From positions 13,325-77,324 of the forward strand of contig DATBHB010000016.1 in NCBI GenBank assembly GCA_036557705.1: a DNA stretch of 64,000 nt. The letters are read 5' to 3'. Made by a program: the position numbers and the translations under genes. Position 1 is the stretch's first letter. Each line of letters opens with the position of its first letter. The notes below the pieces were generated by a model, which saw only the letters and a list, made by a program, of their open reading frames with translations, made no database searches and had not been told where the DNA came from. Source of the DNA: Xanthobacteraceae bacterium (lineage in GTDB: Bacteria > Pseudomonadota > Alphaproteobacteria > Rhizobiales > Xanthobacteraceae). Shown one piece after another: positions 9,836-19,199 of this stretch.

Positions 9836-10852
9836 TCAGGACCGGACGAACAGGGCCTTGATCTTCTCAGCAATCCCGCCCGAGGCTGTTTGGGGAGGAG
9901 GTTCCGTCCCAAGACGCTCGACAACAACGATGCGCTCGACCTGACCGCTCAGATACGCGTTCAGGAAAGCAGAATAGTCCTTGAATGACACACATCCATT
10001 CGATTGGCCGTTGGAACCGAGCATGTAGGTGTGTGCCAGTATCCCATCGCGGCCGTACATGTTGCCGCCGCCGACGGGAGTGAGACGGAGCGCGCGAACG
10101 CCATGGAAAAGACTCTCGCGTAACGAAAGCGCGTAGACATTCGGGGGCGTCGGCCCTTCACTCTTTGCGCTCACATAACGCGGATCGTCCATGTAGCCGC
10201 CCAGCCCCGAATGTGCTTCCAACCGCCGTCCGTCGGGCAGGTAAACTGTGCGCCCCGCAATATCATAGATCGCGGTGTGGCTATCGATTTCCGGAGTCGA
10301 AGTCGAATCAGGATTAGCTTCTGCGGTATGAATTCGCTTCTTGGGAACGCTGGCCCGTGTCGAGGAACTGGCTGGCGCGGCGCCGGGCTCCAAAGCGCGG
10401 ACCGCAGGACGGACCGTCAAACGATCGCCCGGATCGGCCAGCGCCAGGACTGTGCTCGGTTCCTCCGCTTCCACCAGTTGGATCCTGCCCGGCGCGGCTG
10501 CGGCCGCGAAACGGTCGCTGAAGGAATCCGAGCGCTCGGCAAATGACGGGAGACGCGGGTCGAAGAAAAGTTGGTCGAAGGCAGATCCGATTCGGCTGGA
10601 GCCAGCCAAATCGGACGACATCTCCTCGGTTTCCTTCTTTGGCTCCGAAACGATCTCCGATTCCAAGCTCGCCAATTGGAACCCGGCACGGACAGGGCTT
10701 GGCGAGTCCACGGAGGCCGCCAATTCCAGATTTGTTGGATGGATGGCCGTGAAAACTGAAATATTTGGAATCTCGCCCTGCAGTCCCAGGGCAAAACCGA
10801 AGCCCAGCGCCGCGACTGCGGCGCAGATCAATCGCAACCGGGGGCGGATCAA
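9836..10852 (-). CDS. Membrane-anchored DUF2778 / Tlde1-like (L,D-transpeptidase-fold) protein
   Basis: C-terminal domain ...EAHSGLGG...ILAHTYMLGSNGQSNGCVSF (His/Cys pair). Probable start TTG 10852 after AGGAGG, giving MIRPRLRLICAAVAALGF (signal anchor). The maximal ORF reaches 10945 (TTG). Confidence 0.7.
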   Translation of the reverse strand: MIRPRLRLICAAVAALGFGFALGLQGEIPNISVFTAIHPTNLELAASVDSPSPVRAGFQLASLESEIVSEPKKETEEMSSDLAGSSRIGSAFDQLFFDPRLPSFAERSDSFSDRFAAAAAPGRIQLVEAEEPSTVLALADPGDRLTVRPAVRALEPGAAPASSSTRASVPKKRIHTAEANPDSTSTPEIDSHTAIYDIAGRTVYLPDGRRLEAHSGLGGYMDDPRYVSAKSEGPTPPNVYALSLRESLFHGVRALRLTPVGGGNMYGRDGILAHTYMLGSNGQSNGCVSFKDYSAFLNAYLSGQVERIVVVERLGTEPPPQTASGGIAEKIKALFVRS

Positions 10853-11362
10853 CGCCCTCCTGTCTCGACGTAACGGCTTTACTGCCTTGCGGCGTGTACC
10901 CCGCACCCCAGCTCCCCCCGCTCCCGAGGGTATAAAACACAGCAATTGCGGCAGAAATTGTGCAGGATACTGTTTTGGAAGAGGTATTTAGCCCGCTTCG
11001 CCCGAGGCCGCGGCCAAGCGGGGCCTCGATGTCGGCGCCAGAGGTATTGGAATGGGCGTCCGGACCCCAAAAATTCGGTTTAGGGTTCGTTTTGCAAAAA
11101 TTGGCGGTAGCATAACACTTTCATCGAGCTGGATCGAACACCCGAACGGTGAGGCGTCGGTGTGCAAGCCCCGTATCGCTCGCAGCGTCCCGCAGCGGGA
11201 GCCGTTCAATGAGGTCAAGATGACCGACCGTGGTAGCGTGCCCGCCGTCGGGAACGCAGCCCGGTACCGGAGATGTTGCGGACATTCGGCAAGTTCGATT
11301 CGGAGTGCCGACCGGAGAAAATGACCCGGGCCGGAAATAATTCCGGCCGAGAGCGCCCCCTC

Positions 11363-11490
11363 GTAGCCCGCATTACCAAATCGGGTGCGCCTCTTGGTGC
11401 ACCCGATTTCGTAATGCGGGATCTGTCGTTGCGGAATCCCGGATTGCATAATCGCGCATTAAGGATGCGCGATTATGCAATTCGGGCTAC
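11363..11490. repeat. Variant REP pair (GTAGCCCGCATTACC... and ...GCAATTCGGGCTAC) with two long hairpins
   Basis: CCCGCATTACCAAATCGGGTGC / GCACCCGATTTCGTAATGCGGG and GCATAATCGCGCAT / ATGCGCGATTATGC. Confidence 0.7.
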
Positions 11491-11797
11491 GGTCCCTATG
11501 TCGGCTATTGGCACATCACTTCTTTCGCGGCCTGCACAAAAATAGCATCGCGATCGGGGGCACAGCGGACATAACCGGCCTGCGCGAATGAGAAGGTCGC
11601 GGTCTATCCGCAACTGCCCAGCCGGATTGCCTAATACCTTGGTATGGGCGGATTGCCGCTTGTATCGCGGCAAGCCAGACCTCTGTCGGCTGCAAGCGGG
11701 ACGTCTGTTGGATAGAAAGCGCCGGTGTCTTCTGCAATGTTTCTAATTGTAAGCGATCAAGGAAGGTCCTTGATCTCGGCACAAAGGAGACACGACC

Positions 11798-12013
11798 ATG
11801 TTGACCAACTCGAAGATCGCGCTTTGCGTTGCGCTCATTCTCGCCAGCGCTTCCGCAGCGCTCGCCGCTCCTAAGCACGCAGTTCGTCACCACGCCGCCG
11901 TCGCGCGGCAAGTTCCGGCCAACGCCTACCTGAGCTTCGCATCGGTGCGGCCGAGCGAGCCGGGCAACATGAGAATCCAGGACATCGGCTTCAAGGAAAA
12001 TCTCGGCGATTAA
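11798..12013 (+). CDS. Small secreted hypothetical protein
   Basis: 71 aa. SD AAGGAGA, ATG 11798, signal peptide MLTNSKIALCVALILASASAALA, followed by a hairpin. Confidence 0.55.
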   Translation: MLTNSKIALCVALILASASAALAAPKHAVRHHAAVARQVPANAYLSFASVRPSEPGNMRIQDIGFKENLGD

Positions 12014-12041
12014 ACCCGTCCTGCCGATAAGGTCCTTCCGG

Positions 12042-12075
12042 TTGCGGCCGACCCGAGGGTCGGCCGCAATTGCAT
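12042..12075 (+). terminator. Hairpin terminator candidate
   Basis: 12-bp stem TTGCGGCCGACC / GGTCGGCCGCAA followed by TTGCATT. Confidence 0.45.
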
Positions 12076-12327
12076 TATAGGACGCGAGCGCACCCGCCCC
12101 GATATCGCCGCGAGATCGCCCTTTAGAGAACCGATTCATGGGGCCTGTTCGCTTCATCAAGCTCGCGAAGGGGGACGCAAGGACGGCCTGCCCGTCCCAA
12201 AGCATTTAGGCAGGGGCGCGGCGCCTTGCCCGAGCCGGCGTCATCCGATAATTGCGGGAGGGCCCAAGCTTGGACAAGCCTCTGTCGACACGGGGGAATT
12301 TCTGGCCACGCGGAGGAATGGCGCCTC

Positions 12328-13620
12328 ATGGCCAATGTGGTTGTAGTCGGCTCCCAGTGGGGCGACGAGGGCAAGGGAAAAATTGTCGATTGGCTTTCCG
12401 AGCAGGCCGATATCGTGGTCCGCTTTCAGGGCGGCCACAACGCCGGCCACACCCTCGTCATCGATGGAGTCACCTACAAGCTCTCGCTGCTGCCTTCGGG
12501 AGTCGTGCGTCCGGGCAAGCTCTCGGTGATCGGAAACGGTGTGGTGCTCGATCCGCGCGCATTGATCGAGGAAATCGAACGCCTCGCGGCACAGGGTGTG
12601 ACCGTGACTCCGGCTAGCTTGCGAATCGCCGAGAATGCCACGCTGATCCTGCCGCTGCATCAGCAGCTCGACGTTGTGCGGGAGTCGGCGAGCGCTGCGA
12701 CGCGCATCGGCACGACGGGGCGCGGAATCGGGCCGGCCTATGAGGACAAGGTCGGCCGCCGTGCCATTCGGGTCATGGACCTTGCCGATCTCCCCGATCT
12801 CGACGGCAAGGTGGAGCGGCTCCTGTCTCATCATAATGCCTTGCGCCGAGGGCTGGGGCTCGAGCCCATTGCGGCAAGCGCTGTTCGCGAACAGCTCACC
12901 GAGGTCGCGCCGAGAGTACTTCCCTTCATGGACTCGGTCTGGTCGCTGCTTGACCGCAAGCGCCGCGAGGGCAGACGCATCCTCTTCGAAGGAGCCCAAG
13001 GCGGACTGCTCGATATCGATCACGGGACGTATCCGTACGTGACTTCGTCGAATACCGTGGCGGCCCAGGCGGCGACGGGATCGGGGCTGGGCCCGTCCTC
13101 GATCGATTACGTGCTCGGCATCTGCAAGGCCTATACGACCAGGGTGGGGGAGGGGCCGTTTCCGACCGAGCAGAAGAACGATATCGGCCGATTGATCGGC
13201 GAACGAGGGCGCGAGTTCGGCACCGTCACCGGCCGGGCGAGGCGCTGCGGGTGGTTCGATGCCGTCCTTGTGCGCCAGGCAGTGCGCACCAGCGGGATCG
13301 ACGGTTTGGCGCTCACCAAATTGGACATCCTCGATGGAATGAGCCAGATCAAGGTCTGCATTGCCTACAGATTGAACGGGCGCGTAATCGATTATCTTCC
13401 GGCCGGCGAGCATGCGCAGGCGCGAGTGGAGCCGGTCTACGAGACGATCGAGGGATGGCAAGCTCCGACTGCGCGTGCGAGGTCCTGGGCGCAGTTGCCG
13501 GCTCAGGCGATCAAATACGTCCGCCGCGTCGAGGAACTGGTCGGCTGCCCAGTCTCGTTGCTGTCGACCAGCCCCGAGCGCGAGGATACGATACTCATGC
13601 ACAACCCGTTCGAGAACTAG
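12328..13620 (+). CDS. purA: Adenylosuccinate synthetase
   Basis: Refined ATG 12328: [18 protein letters not shown] (P-loop), [16 protein letters not shown]. The ORF-track start 12226 is an extension. Confidence 0.95.
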   Translation: MANVVVVGSQWGDEGKGKIVDWLSEQADIVVRFQGGHNAGHTLVIDGVTYKLSLLPSGVVRPGKLSVIGNGVVLDPRALIEEIERLAAQGVTVTPASLRIAENATLILPLHQQLDVVRESASAATRIGTTGRGIGPAYEDKVGRRAIRVMDLADLPDLDGKVERLLSHHNALRRGLGLEPIAASAVREQLTEVAPRVLPFMDSVWSLLDRKRREGRRILFEGAQGGLLDIDHGTYPYVTSSNTVAAQAATGSGLGPSSIDYVLGICKAYTTRVGEGPFPTEQKNDIGRLIGERGREFGTVTGRARRCGWFDAVLVRQAVRTSGIDGLALTKLDILDGMSQIKVCIAYRLNGRVIDYLPAGEHAQARVEPVYETIEGWQAPTARARSWAQLPAQAIKYVRRVEELVGCPVSLLSTSPEREDTILMHNPFEN

Positions 13621-13654
13621 GGCGCAAAGGGCATGCCGAACGTATAATTCTGCC

Positions 13655-15298
13655 ATGGCCGATTACTACCCGCTCATAGCCCGCGCTGTCGCCGGTCTCG
13701 AGAAGAACACCGGCGATACGCGTCGTGCCCTCTACGAGCGCGCGCGCGCCGCGCTCGTAGCGCAGTTGCGCAGCGTGTCGCCGGCCTTGAGCGAATCGGA
13801 CGTGACGCGCGAGCGACTCGCGCTCGAAGAGGCTGTTCGCAAGGTAGAGGCTGAATCGGTTCGACAGGCCCGACTGGGATCGCGTTCCGAGCCCAAGGCG
13901 AAGGTGAAGCCACCGGAAATGCCGCGCTGGGATGAGCCGCAACCGGCGCCACCCAGAGCCGCAGAGGAGCCGCCCAGTGCGCTGCCGCGTCGCGCAGGCG
14001 CGCTGCCGCGATCTGATAACGTGCAACGTGTCGCATCGCCGCGCAGCGAGAGCGCGTCAGAGCCTATCTCGACAGGGAGGGAGCGCGAGCAGCCCGACTC
14101 CGCGCTCGGTCTCGAAATACCCAGCCTGCCGGCGCCGCCGCCCTTCACGGCTCGACCGCAGCGTCCCCCGCTACGCGACCGGCCGACCACCGACCGCCAA
14201 TCCCTGCTCAACTCGGTCAACAGCTTCCGCAACTCGGTCTCGGAGACCGACGAGTTGCGCGAAGCACCAGCCCAATCGCCGAAATGGGCTCGTCGCAGCC
14301 ATCCGGAGGCTACGGCGCCGGCCCGCGATCTCGACCGCCTCGTGCCGCATGCGCTCGATCGCAACAGTTCCGATGAACTAATCCAGGATGCGCCCGCCCC
14401 GGAAATGCTCGAGCCCTCCCTTGGCATGGAGGAGCCGCGCCCCTTGCCGAACAGGCCGAGGCCGGCGCAGTTCGTTCGCGAAGAGGCGCCGAGGTCATTC
14501 GAGACTCGTGTCCGCCTCATCACGCTCGCTATGGGGCTCCTGATCGTTTCGGCAGTTGGCGGCGTGCTGGGTTGGCAATGGTCCAATTTGACGGATCTGT
14601 ATCGCTCATGGCGGGCGCCACCCGTCATGGAAGTCGCCGGTACCGAAACGCCCGCGCCGGCTTCGCGAACGAAGATTGCCGATCGGTTTGAACCTGGCGC
14701 CACAAACCAGCCGCAGCAGAAAACAACGCTGACGCCGGGCGCTTCGGAAGCTCCGACTGTTGCCCAGCGCGTGGTGCTCTACGAAGAGGATCCAGCCGAT
14801 CCGCAGGGCAAGCGCTTCGTCGGTTCGGCAATCTGGCGAACCGAAACAATATCGTCGGGGGCCGGCCAGCCGCCTGAAGTGGCGATTCGTGCCGATGTCG
14901 AGATTCCGGATCGCCAGTTGGCCATGACCTGGTCGCTGCGCCGTAATACCGACCCCACCTTGCCGGCGAGCCACACGGTCGAGATTACGTTCAAGCTGCC
15001 GAGCGACTTTGCATCGGGCGGAGTATCGAACGTGCCGGGCATCCTGATGAAGGAGGCGGAGCAGGCGCGCGGGGTCCCGCTTGCCGGCCTCGCGGTCAAG
15101 GTGACCAACGGCTTTTTCCTGATCGGGCTCTCATCGGTGGACGCCGACAAGGAGCGCAACATTGCGCTCCTCAAGGAGAAATCCTGGTTCGACATTCCGG
15201 TCGTCTATAATAACAACCGCCGCGCCATTCTGGCGCTCGAAAAGGGCACGCCGGGCGAACGCGTCTTTGCCGAGGCCTTCGCCGCCTGGCACCAATGA
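13655..15298 (+). CDS. Conserved-looking uncharacterised membrane protein (helical N-domain, Pro-rich linker, one TM, ~230-aa C-domain)
   Basis: Refined ATG 13655 (MADYYPLIARAV...); the ORF-track start 13412 would overlap purA. TM LITLAMGLLIVSAVGGVLGW. Confidence 0.7.
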   Translation: MADYYPLIARAVAGLEKNTGDTRRALYERARAALVAQLRSVSPALSESDVTRERLALEEAVRKVEAESVRQARLGSRSEPKAKVKPPEMPRWDEPQPAPPRAAEEPPSALPRRAGALPRSDNVQRVASPRSESASEPISTGREREQPDSALGLEIPSLPAPPPFTARPQRPPLRDRPTTDRQSLLNSVNSFRNSVSETDELREAPAQSPKWARRSHPEATAPARDLDRLVPHALDRNSSDELIQDAPAPEMLEPSLGMEEPRPLPNRPRPAQFVREEAPRSFETRVRLITLAMGLLIVSAVGGVLGWQWSNLTDLYRSWRAPPVMEVAGTETPAPASRTKIADRFEPGATNQPQQKTTLTPGASEAPTVAQRVVLYEEDPADPQGKRFVGSAIWRTETISSGAGQPPEVAIRADVEIPDRQLAMTWSLRRNTDPTLPASHTVEITFKLPSDFASGGVSNVPGILMKEAEQARGVPLAGLAVKVTNGFFLIGLSSVDADKERNIALLKEKSWFDIPVVYNNNRRAILALEKGTPGERVFAEAFAAWHQ

Positions 15299-16731
15299 GT
15301 CCCATGTATACGGATCTCGCACTCTATATCGACGGCGATTGGAAGAACGGCAACGGGCGTGACGGCGAGGAGGTCGTCAATCCTGCGACCGAGAAGCCGC
15401 TTGCACACCTGCCGCACGCAAACACAGCCGATCTCGATCTCGCTCTCGACGCCGCCAGACGAGGATTCGATGTCTGGCGGGCAACGAGTCCCTACGACCG
15501 CGCCAAACTGCTGCGCAACACAGCGGCGCTGGTGCGCCTGCGGGCGGATGCGATTGCACGCATCATGACCCAGGAGCAAGGCAAGGTTCTCGCCGAATCG
15601 CGCGCCGAGGTGCTGACAACCGCTGACATCATCGAATGGTTTGCTGAGGAAGGCCGCCGCGCCTATGGGCGCATCATACCGGGCCGCGGCAAGGGCGTGC
15701 GCCAACTGGTGGTGCAGGAGCCGGTCGGCGTGGTGGCAGCCTTCACGCCGTGGAACTTTCCTACCCTCACGCCCGCCCGCAAGATAGGTGCTTCGCTTGC
15801 CGCGGGCTGCGCAATCATCATCAAGGCATCCGAGGAGACGCCGGGAAGCTGCGTCGAACTCGTGCGGTGCTTTGTCGAAGCCGGTCTGCCGCCGGGTGTG
15901 CTCAATCTGGTCTTCGGCGTCCCGGCAGAAGTCTCCGAGCATCTCCTCGCCTCGGACATCGTGCGCAAGATATCTTTCACCGGGTCGGTTGCCGTCGGCA
16001 AGCATCTCGCCGGCCTTGCCGCCAAGGGGATGAAACGCGCCACCATGGAGCTTGGCGGCCACTCGCCGGTGGTCGTTTTCGGCGATGCCGATCCGGAGAA
16101 GACGGCCGATACGATCGCTGCTTTCAAATATCGCAATGCCGGTCAGGTTTGCATTTCTCCGACGCGGTTCTATGTGCAGGAGCCGGTCTACAACCGATTC
16201 CTGAAACGGTTCACCGAGTACGCCGAGCGCATCAACGTCGGCGATGGTCTCGAGAGCGGAATCACCATGGGCCCTCTCGCCAATCCTCGCCGCCTCGATG
16301 CCATGGAGGCGATCGTGAATGATTCGAAAACTCGCGGCGGCACCATCATGACCGGCGGAAAGCGCCGCGGCAATCAGGGTTATTTTTTCGAGCCGACCGT
16401 GGTTGCGGACTTGCCGGACGATTCCAAGCTGATGACTGAAGAGCCGTTCGGGCCGATTGCTCCCATCGTGCGGTTCAAGACTTTCGATGAAGTCGTCGCG
16501 CGTGCGAATTCGCTGAAGTTCGGGCTCGCCGCCTATGCGTTCACCGGCTCCACGAAAACGGCCAACGTGATCGGCGATGCGCTTGAGGCCGGAATGGTCG
16601 GCGTCAACAGCGTCGCGATCTCGACTCCCGAGACTCCGTTCGGCGGCGTCAAGGAGTCCGGCTACGGCCACGAAGGCGGCATCGAGGGGCTGGAAGTCTA
16701 CACGGTACGGAAATTCATCGCACAGGCGTGA
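15295..16731 (+). CDS. NAD(P)-dependent aldehyde dehydrogenase (succinate-semialdehyde dehydrogenase-like)
   Basis: 478 aa. ELGGHSP, catalytic Cys in NAGQVCISPTR, EEPFGP. ATG overlaps the upstream stop (ATGA). Confidence 0.9.
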   Translation: MSPMYTDLALYIDGDWKNGNGRDGEEVVNPATEKPLAHLPHANTADLDLALDAARRGFDVWRATSPYDRAKLLRNTAALVRLRADAIARIMTQEQGKVLAESRAEVLTTADIIEWFAEEGRRAYGRIIPGRGKGVRQLVVQEPVGVVAAFTPWNFPTLTPARKIGASLAAGCAIIIKASEETPGSCVELVRCFVEAGLPPGVLNLVFGVPAEVSEHLLASDIVRKISFTGSVAVGKHLAGLAAKGMKRATMELGGHSPVVVFGDADPEKTADTIAAFKYRNAGQVCISPTRFYVQEPVYNRFLKRFTEYAERINVGDGLESGITMGPLANPRRLDAMEAIVNDSKTRGGTIMTGGKRRGNQGYFFEPTVVADLPDDSKLMTEEPFGPIAPIVRFKTFDEVVARANSLKFGLAAYAFTGSTKTANVIGDALEAGMVGVNSVAISTPETPFGGVKESGYGHEGGIEGLEVYTVRKFIAQA

Positions 16732-16800
16732 ACCTCATACAGCCGTAGGATGGGTGAAACCGGAGGCACAACGCGCCGGGCAAGGGCACGGCGTGAGCCT

Positions 16801-16940
16801 GTAGCCCGGATTGGAGCGCGCCCGATCGAGGGCGCGCTCCAATCCGGGGCCAAACGGCGGACACTGCCCCGGATTTCGCGGCGCCCGCCAAGCTGTCGGA
16901 AGATTGATAGAATTTCGGCGCGCCGCTCAATCCGGGCTAC
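16801..16940. repeat. REP/REPIN-like unit
   Basis: GTAGCCCGGATTGGAGCGCGCCC-GATCGA-GGGCGCGCTCCAATCCGGGG ... GCTCAATCCGGGCTAC. Confidence 0.85.
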
Positions 16941-17119
16941 GCACTTATACAGGCCGGCGGTCACCAGGCGCGGTTAATGCGCGCTGCTCATGCACGGACC
17001 AAAACCTCGGTTCCTCATCCTCGGCAGCGCATCACAAAGTACACGGGTCAAGTATTATTACAAGTACACGATGCGGAATTCATCTCGCAGGCGTAGGCAG
17101 CATATTTTCGTTAGTCCTG

Positions 17120-17215
17120 AAGGGTGGGCAAAATCGCGTCCGGAGTGTTTCCGCGCGCTGAGCCATAGCCGCGATTTTGCCCACGCGGTCGGCTTTGAAA
17201 TTGGGTGCGCGTAAG
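17120..17215. repeat. Degenerate copy of repeat family 2 (GGGTGGGCAAAATCGCG ... GCGATTTTGCCCACGCGG)
   Basis: Shares arms with copies at 31085-31225, 41136-41267 and 59692-59856. Confidence 0.55.
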
Positions 17216-17340
17216 CAAAATCGTTTGGGCGCGGTTCTATGCTCAATGCCACGTCAGGCGTTTTGCCCATCTACGGTGTCGCAAAAATTAAATGGCCGGG
17301 ATCGCTCCCGGCCATTACTTTGCTTGATCGAGTTTTGCTC

Positions 17341-19017
17341 TTAATCGAGCGGCTCGACCCGGATGATCGCCGAGCCGTGATTATTCCCGACCCACAGCAC
17401 CGGGTGCGGGCCGGTCTCTTGTACGAACACGCGGCGGATATTGGTGGTGTGCGGGAGAAGATAATCGACGGTCTGTTCGGTCTTGGTGTCGAGCCGGGTG
17501 ACGTGGTCGTTCGACATCGAGCCGGTCCACACTTCCGCGCCGCCTTTGCTCGGCACCACGTCATAAGGATTGCTCCACGGAACCGTGAGCGGGTATTCCT
17601 TCATCCGCTCGGTCGCCGGATCGAACATGCCGATCGCGTTGCCGGCATATTCGGCGAACCACAACCGGCCCTGATCGTCGAACCGGCCGCGGCGCGGCCG
17701 CGAGCGCTGGATCGGCGTTGTCCAGATCTTGACCTCGCCGGTCTTGGCGTTGCGCATGCCGATATTCGCATTTCCGAATTCGAGCATGTAAACGTTGTTA
17801 TCCTTGTCGCTGGGAAGTCCGTAGCCGCTTATCTGCCGGTCGGCGACCTTGGAGATTCCGAGATTCTCCCATTTGCCGGTCTTGATATCGAGCCGGTAGA
17901 GATTGCGGGTGGCCGTATCCGTCATCCAGATCTTGCCATCCACATACATGTGGGTCGGCGTGACCATGTTGGTCTGGGTGGTGAGGTCGAGCCATTCCTT
18001 GTTAAGCGGGTACGTCGTGACCTGTTTGGTCTTGCGGTCGATCTTGGCGGCGCCGCCCTGATAGGACAGCCCGATCCAGATATTTCCGTCCGGATCGAAT
18101 TCCAGGTCGAGCGATCCTTTCGGCTGCTCCGGCCGCAACAACGGGAGCGCGTGATCAGTGACCTTGCCGGTCTTTGGATCGAGCTCGCCGATGAACTGAT
18201 TTCCGAAATCGCTGTACCAGGCGTGACCGTCGGCATCGACGATCACGTCATGGGGCAGCGCCTCCTTGCGCGGCAGGTCATATTCCGTGATTAGTACTTT
18301 GGTTGCCCTGCCGGTCGGCCGCGGCAGCATCTTGAAGTCGTATTCCGGGCGATCCGGATTGCTCAGATTGACTCTGGCGAGGAACTCCGATGCGGGCTTC
18401 ATCATGTCCGGCCGCACCCGCGGGCGCTCGCTGCGCAGCCCGCCCTGCACGATCAACTGCGGCCGGGCCGGTACGCTCTCGGGCGCATAGCGGCCCATGC
18501 GCGTGAAGACCTGCTGGAATTCGTCCGCGGTATGCGGGTTGGTGAAAATGCGCTTGACCGTATGGCAGCCCTGACAATCGAGCAGGAACGCGGATTTGAG
18601 CCGGTTGTCGCCGGGGGAACTCATCAGCCATTCGGCATTGGAGAGTTGGGCGGTGATGTTCCTGGTCCTGGCGAGCTTGATGTCAGCGGTCGCGCCCGAG
18701 GCTCCGATGTCGACGCTCTTCGGCCCGACCAGATCATAGCCCGCGGCGCGGATCGTGATGGTGTACCTGCCGGGGTCGAGATTTGCCGCAGCGAAGCTGA
18801 AACGGCCCTTGTCGTCGCTGACGACGGTCTTGGCGATGGTCGAGCCTTCCTTCTTGGCGCTCACCAGCACGCCTTCCATCGAGCCTTCCTCTGTCGAGGA
18901 AACCTGGCCGCTGAGAGAAGGCGCGGTTTGCGCCTGGGCGCTGATGGAGAGCCCGGCCGAGAGAAGGATGCCGCCGAAGCCGACGGTCGTCGCAAGCAAC
19001 AGAGTCTTTAGTGACAT
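17341..19017 (-). CDS. Periplasmic CarboxypepD_reg-like / haem-c (CQGCH) / Vgb-NHL-like beta-propeller fusion protein, paralogue 1
   Basis: SD GGGAGA + ATG 19017. Signal MSLKTLLLATTVGFGGILLSAGLSISAQA. GQVSS..MEGVLVSAKKEGS..DDKGRFSF..PGRYTITIRAAGY, then CQGCH...FTRMGRY, then repeated blades (DGHAWYSDFGNQFIGELDPKTGKVT...). Confidence 0.85.
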   Translation of the reverse strand: MSLKTLLLATTVGFGGILLSAGLSISAQAQTAPSLSGQVSSTEEGSMEGVLVSAKKEGSTIAKTVVSDDKGRFSFAAANLDPGRYTITIRAAGYDLVGPKSVDIGASGATADIKLARTRNITAQLSNAEWLMSSPGDNRLKSAFLLDCQGCHTVKRIFTNPHTADEFQQVFTRMGRYAPESVPARPQLIVQGGLRSERPRVRPDMMKPASEFLARVNLSNPDRPEYDFKMLPRPTGRATKVLITEYDLPRKEALPHDVIVDADGHAWYSDFGNQFIGELDPKTGKVTDHALPLLRPEQPKGSLDLEFDPDGNIWIGLSYQGGAAKIDRKTKQVTTYPLNKEWLDLTTQTNMVTPTHMYVDGKIWMTDTATRNLYRLDIKTGKWENLGISKVADRQISGYGLPSDKDNNVYMLEFGNANIGMRNAKTGEVKIWTTPIQRSRPRRGRFDDQGRLWFAEYAGNAIGMFDPATERMKEYPLTVPWSNPYDVVPSKGGAEVWTGSMSNDHVTRLDTKTEQTVDYLLPHTTNIRRVFVQETGPHPVLWVGNNHGSAIIRVEPLD

Positions 19018-19199
19018 GAGTTTCTCCCTATTCTGTAAGCTTGTCGTCATCCCATTGAATCACGTGACAAGTACCGAGAGTCGCGTGCAGCGAGCGCCAC
19101 ATTCCCCCCATCAGCGCGTAAACGCGCTGACGGGGGAGAGGGAGCGCACCGAGTTCGCGGCACGGCTGTGCATCTATCACAGACGGAAACATGAGGTTG

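Noticed and set aside
11127-11146. Minus-strand GGTGTTCGATCCAGC, resembling a tRNA T-arm (GTTCGATCC).
   Set aside because: The flanking bases do not form the 5-bp T stem (GGGTG versus CAGCT). No acceptor, D or anticodon arms could be built.
11100-11330. Possible riboswitch (cobalamin-like?) or 54-codon ORF (minus strand, MSATSPVPGC...RVFDPAR) in the long non-coding region.
   Set aside because: I saw no B12-box or other riboswitch core. The ORF has weak third-position GC bias and no SD. It stays inside the broader 10853-11797 finding only as unexplained sequence.
13412-13654. ORF-track start 13412 for the 628-aa ORF, overlapping the 3' end of purA by about 200 nt.
   Set aside because: The overlapping part is Arg-rich out-of-frame purA sequence. 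ATG 13655, just after the purA stop, gives a sensible N-terminus.
19058-19073. TTGTCACGTGATTCAA (minus-strand reading) upstream of paralogue 1, as a possible FNR/FixK box.
   Set aside because: Half-site spacing (TTG-N10-CAA) does not fit the 14-bp TTGAT-N4-ATCAA consensus. Only the central TCACGTGA palindrome is notable.
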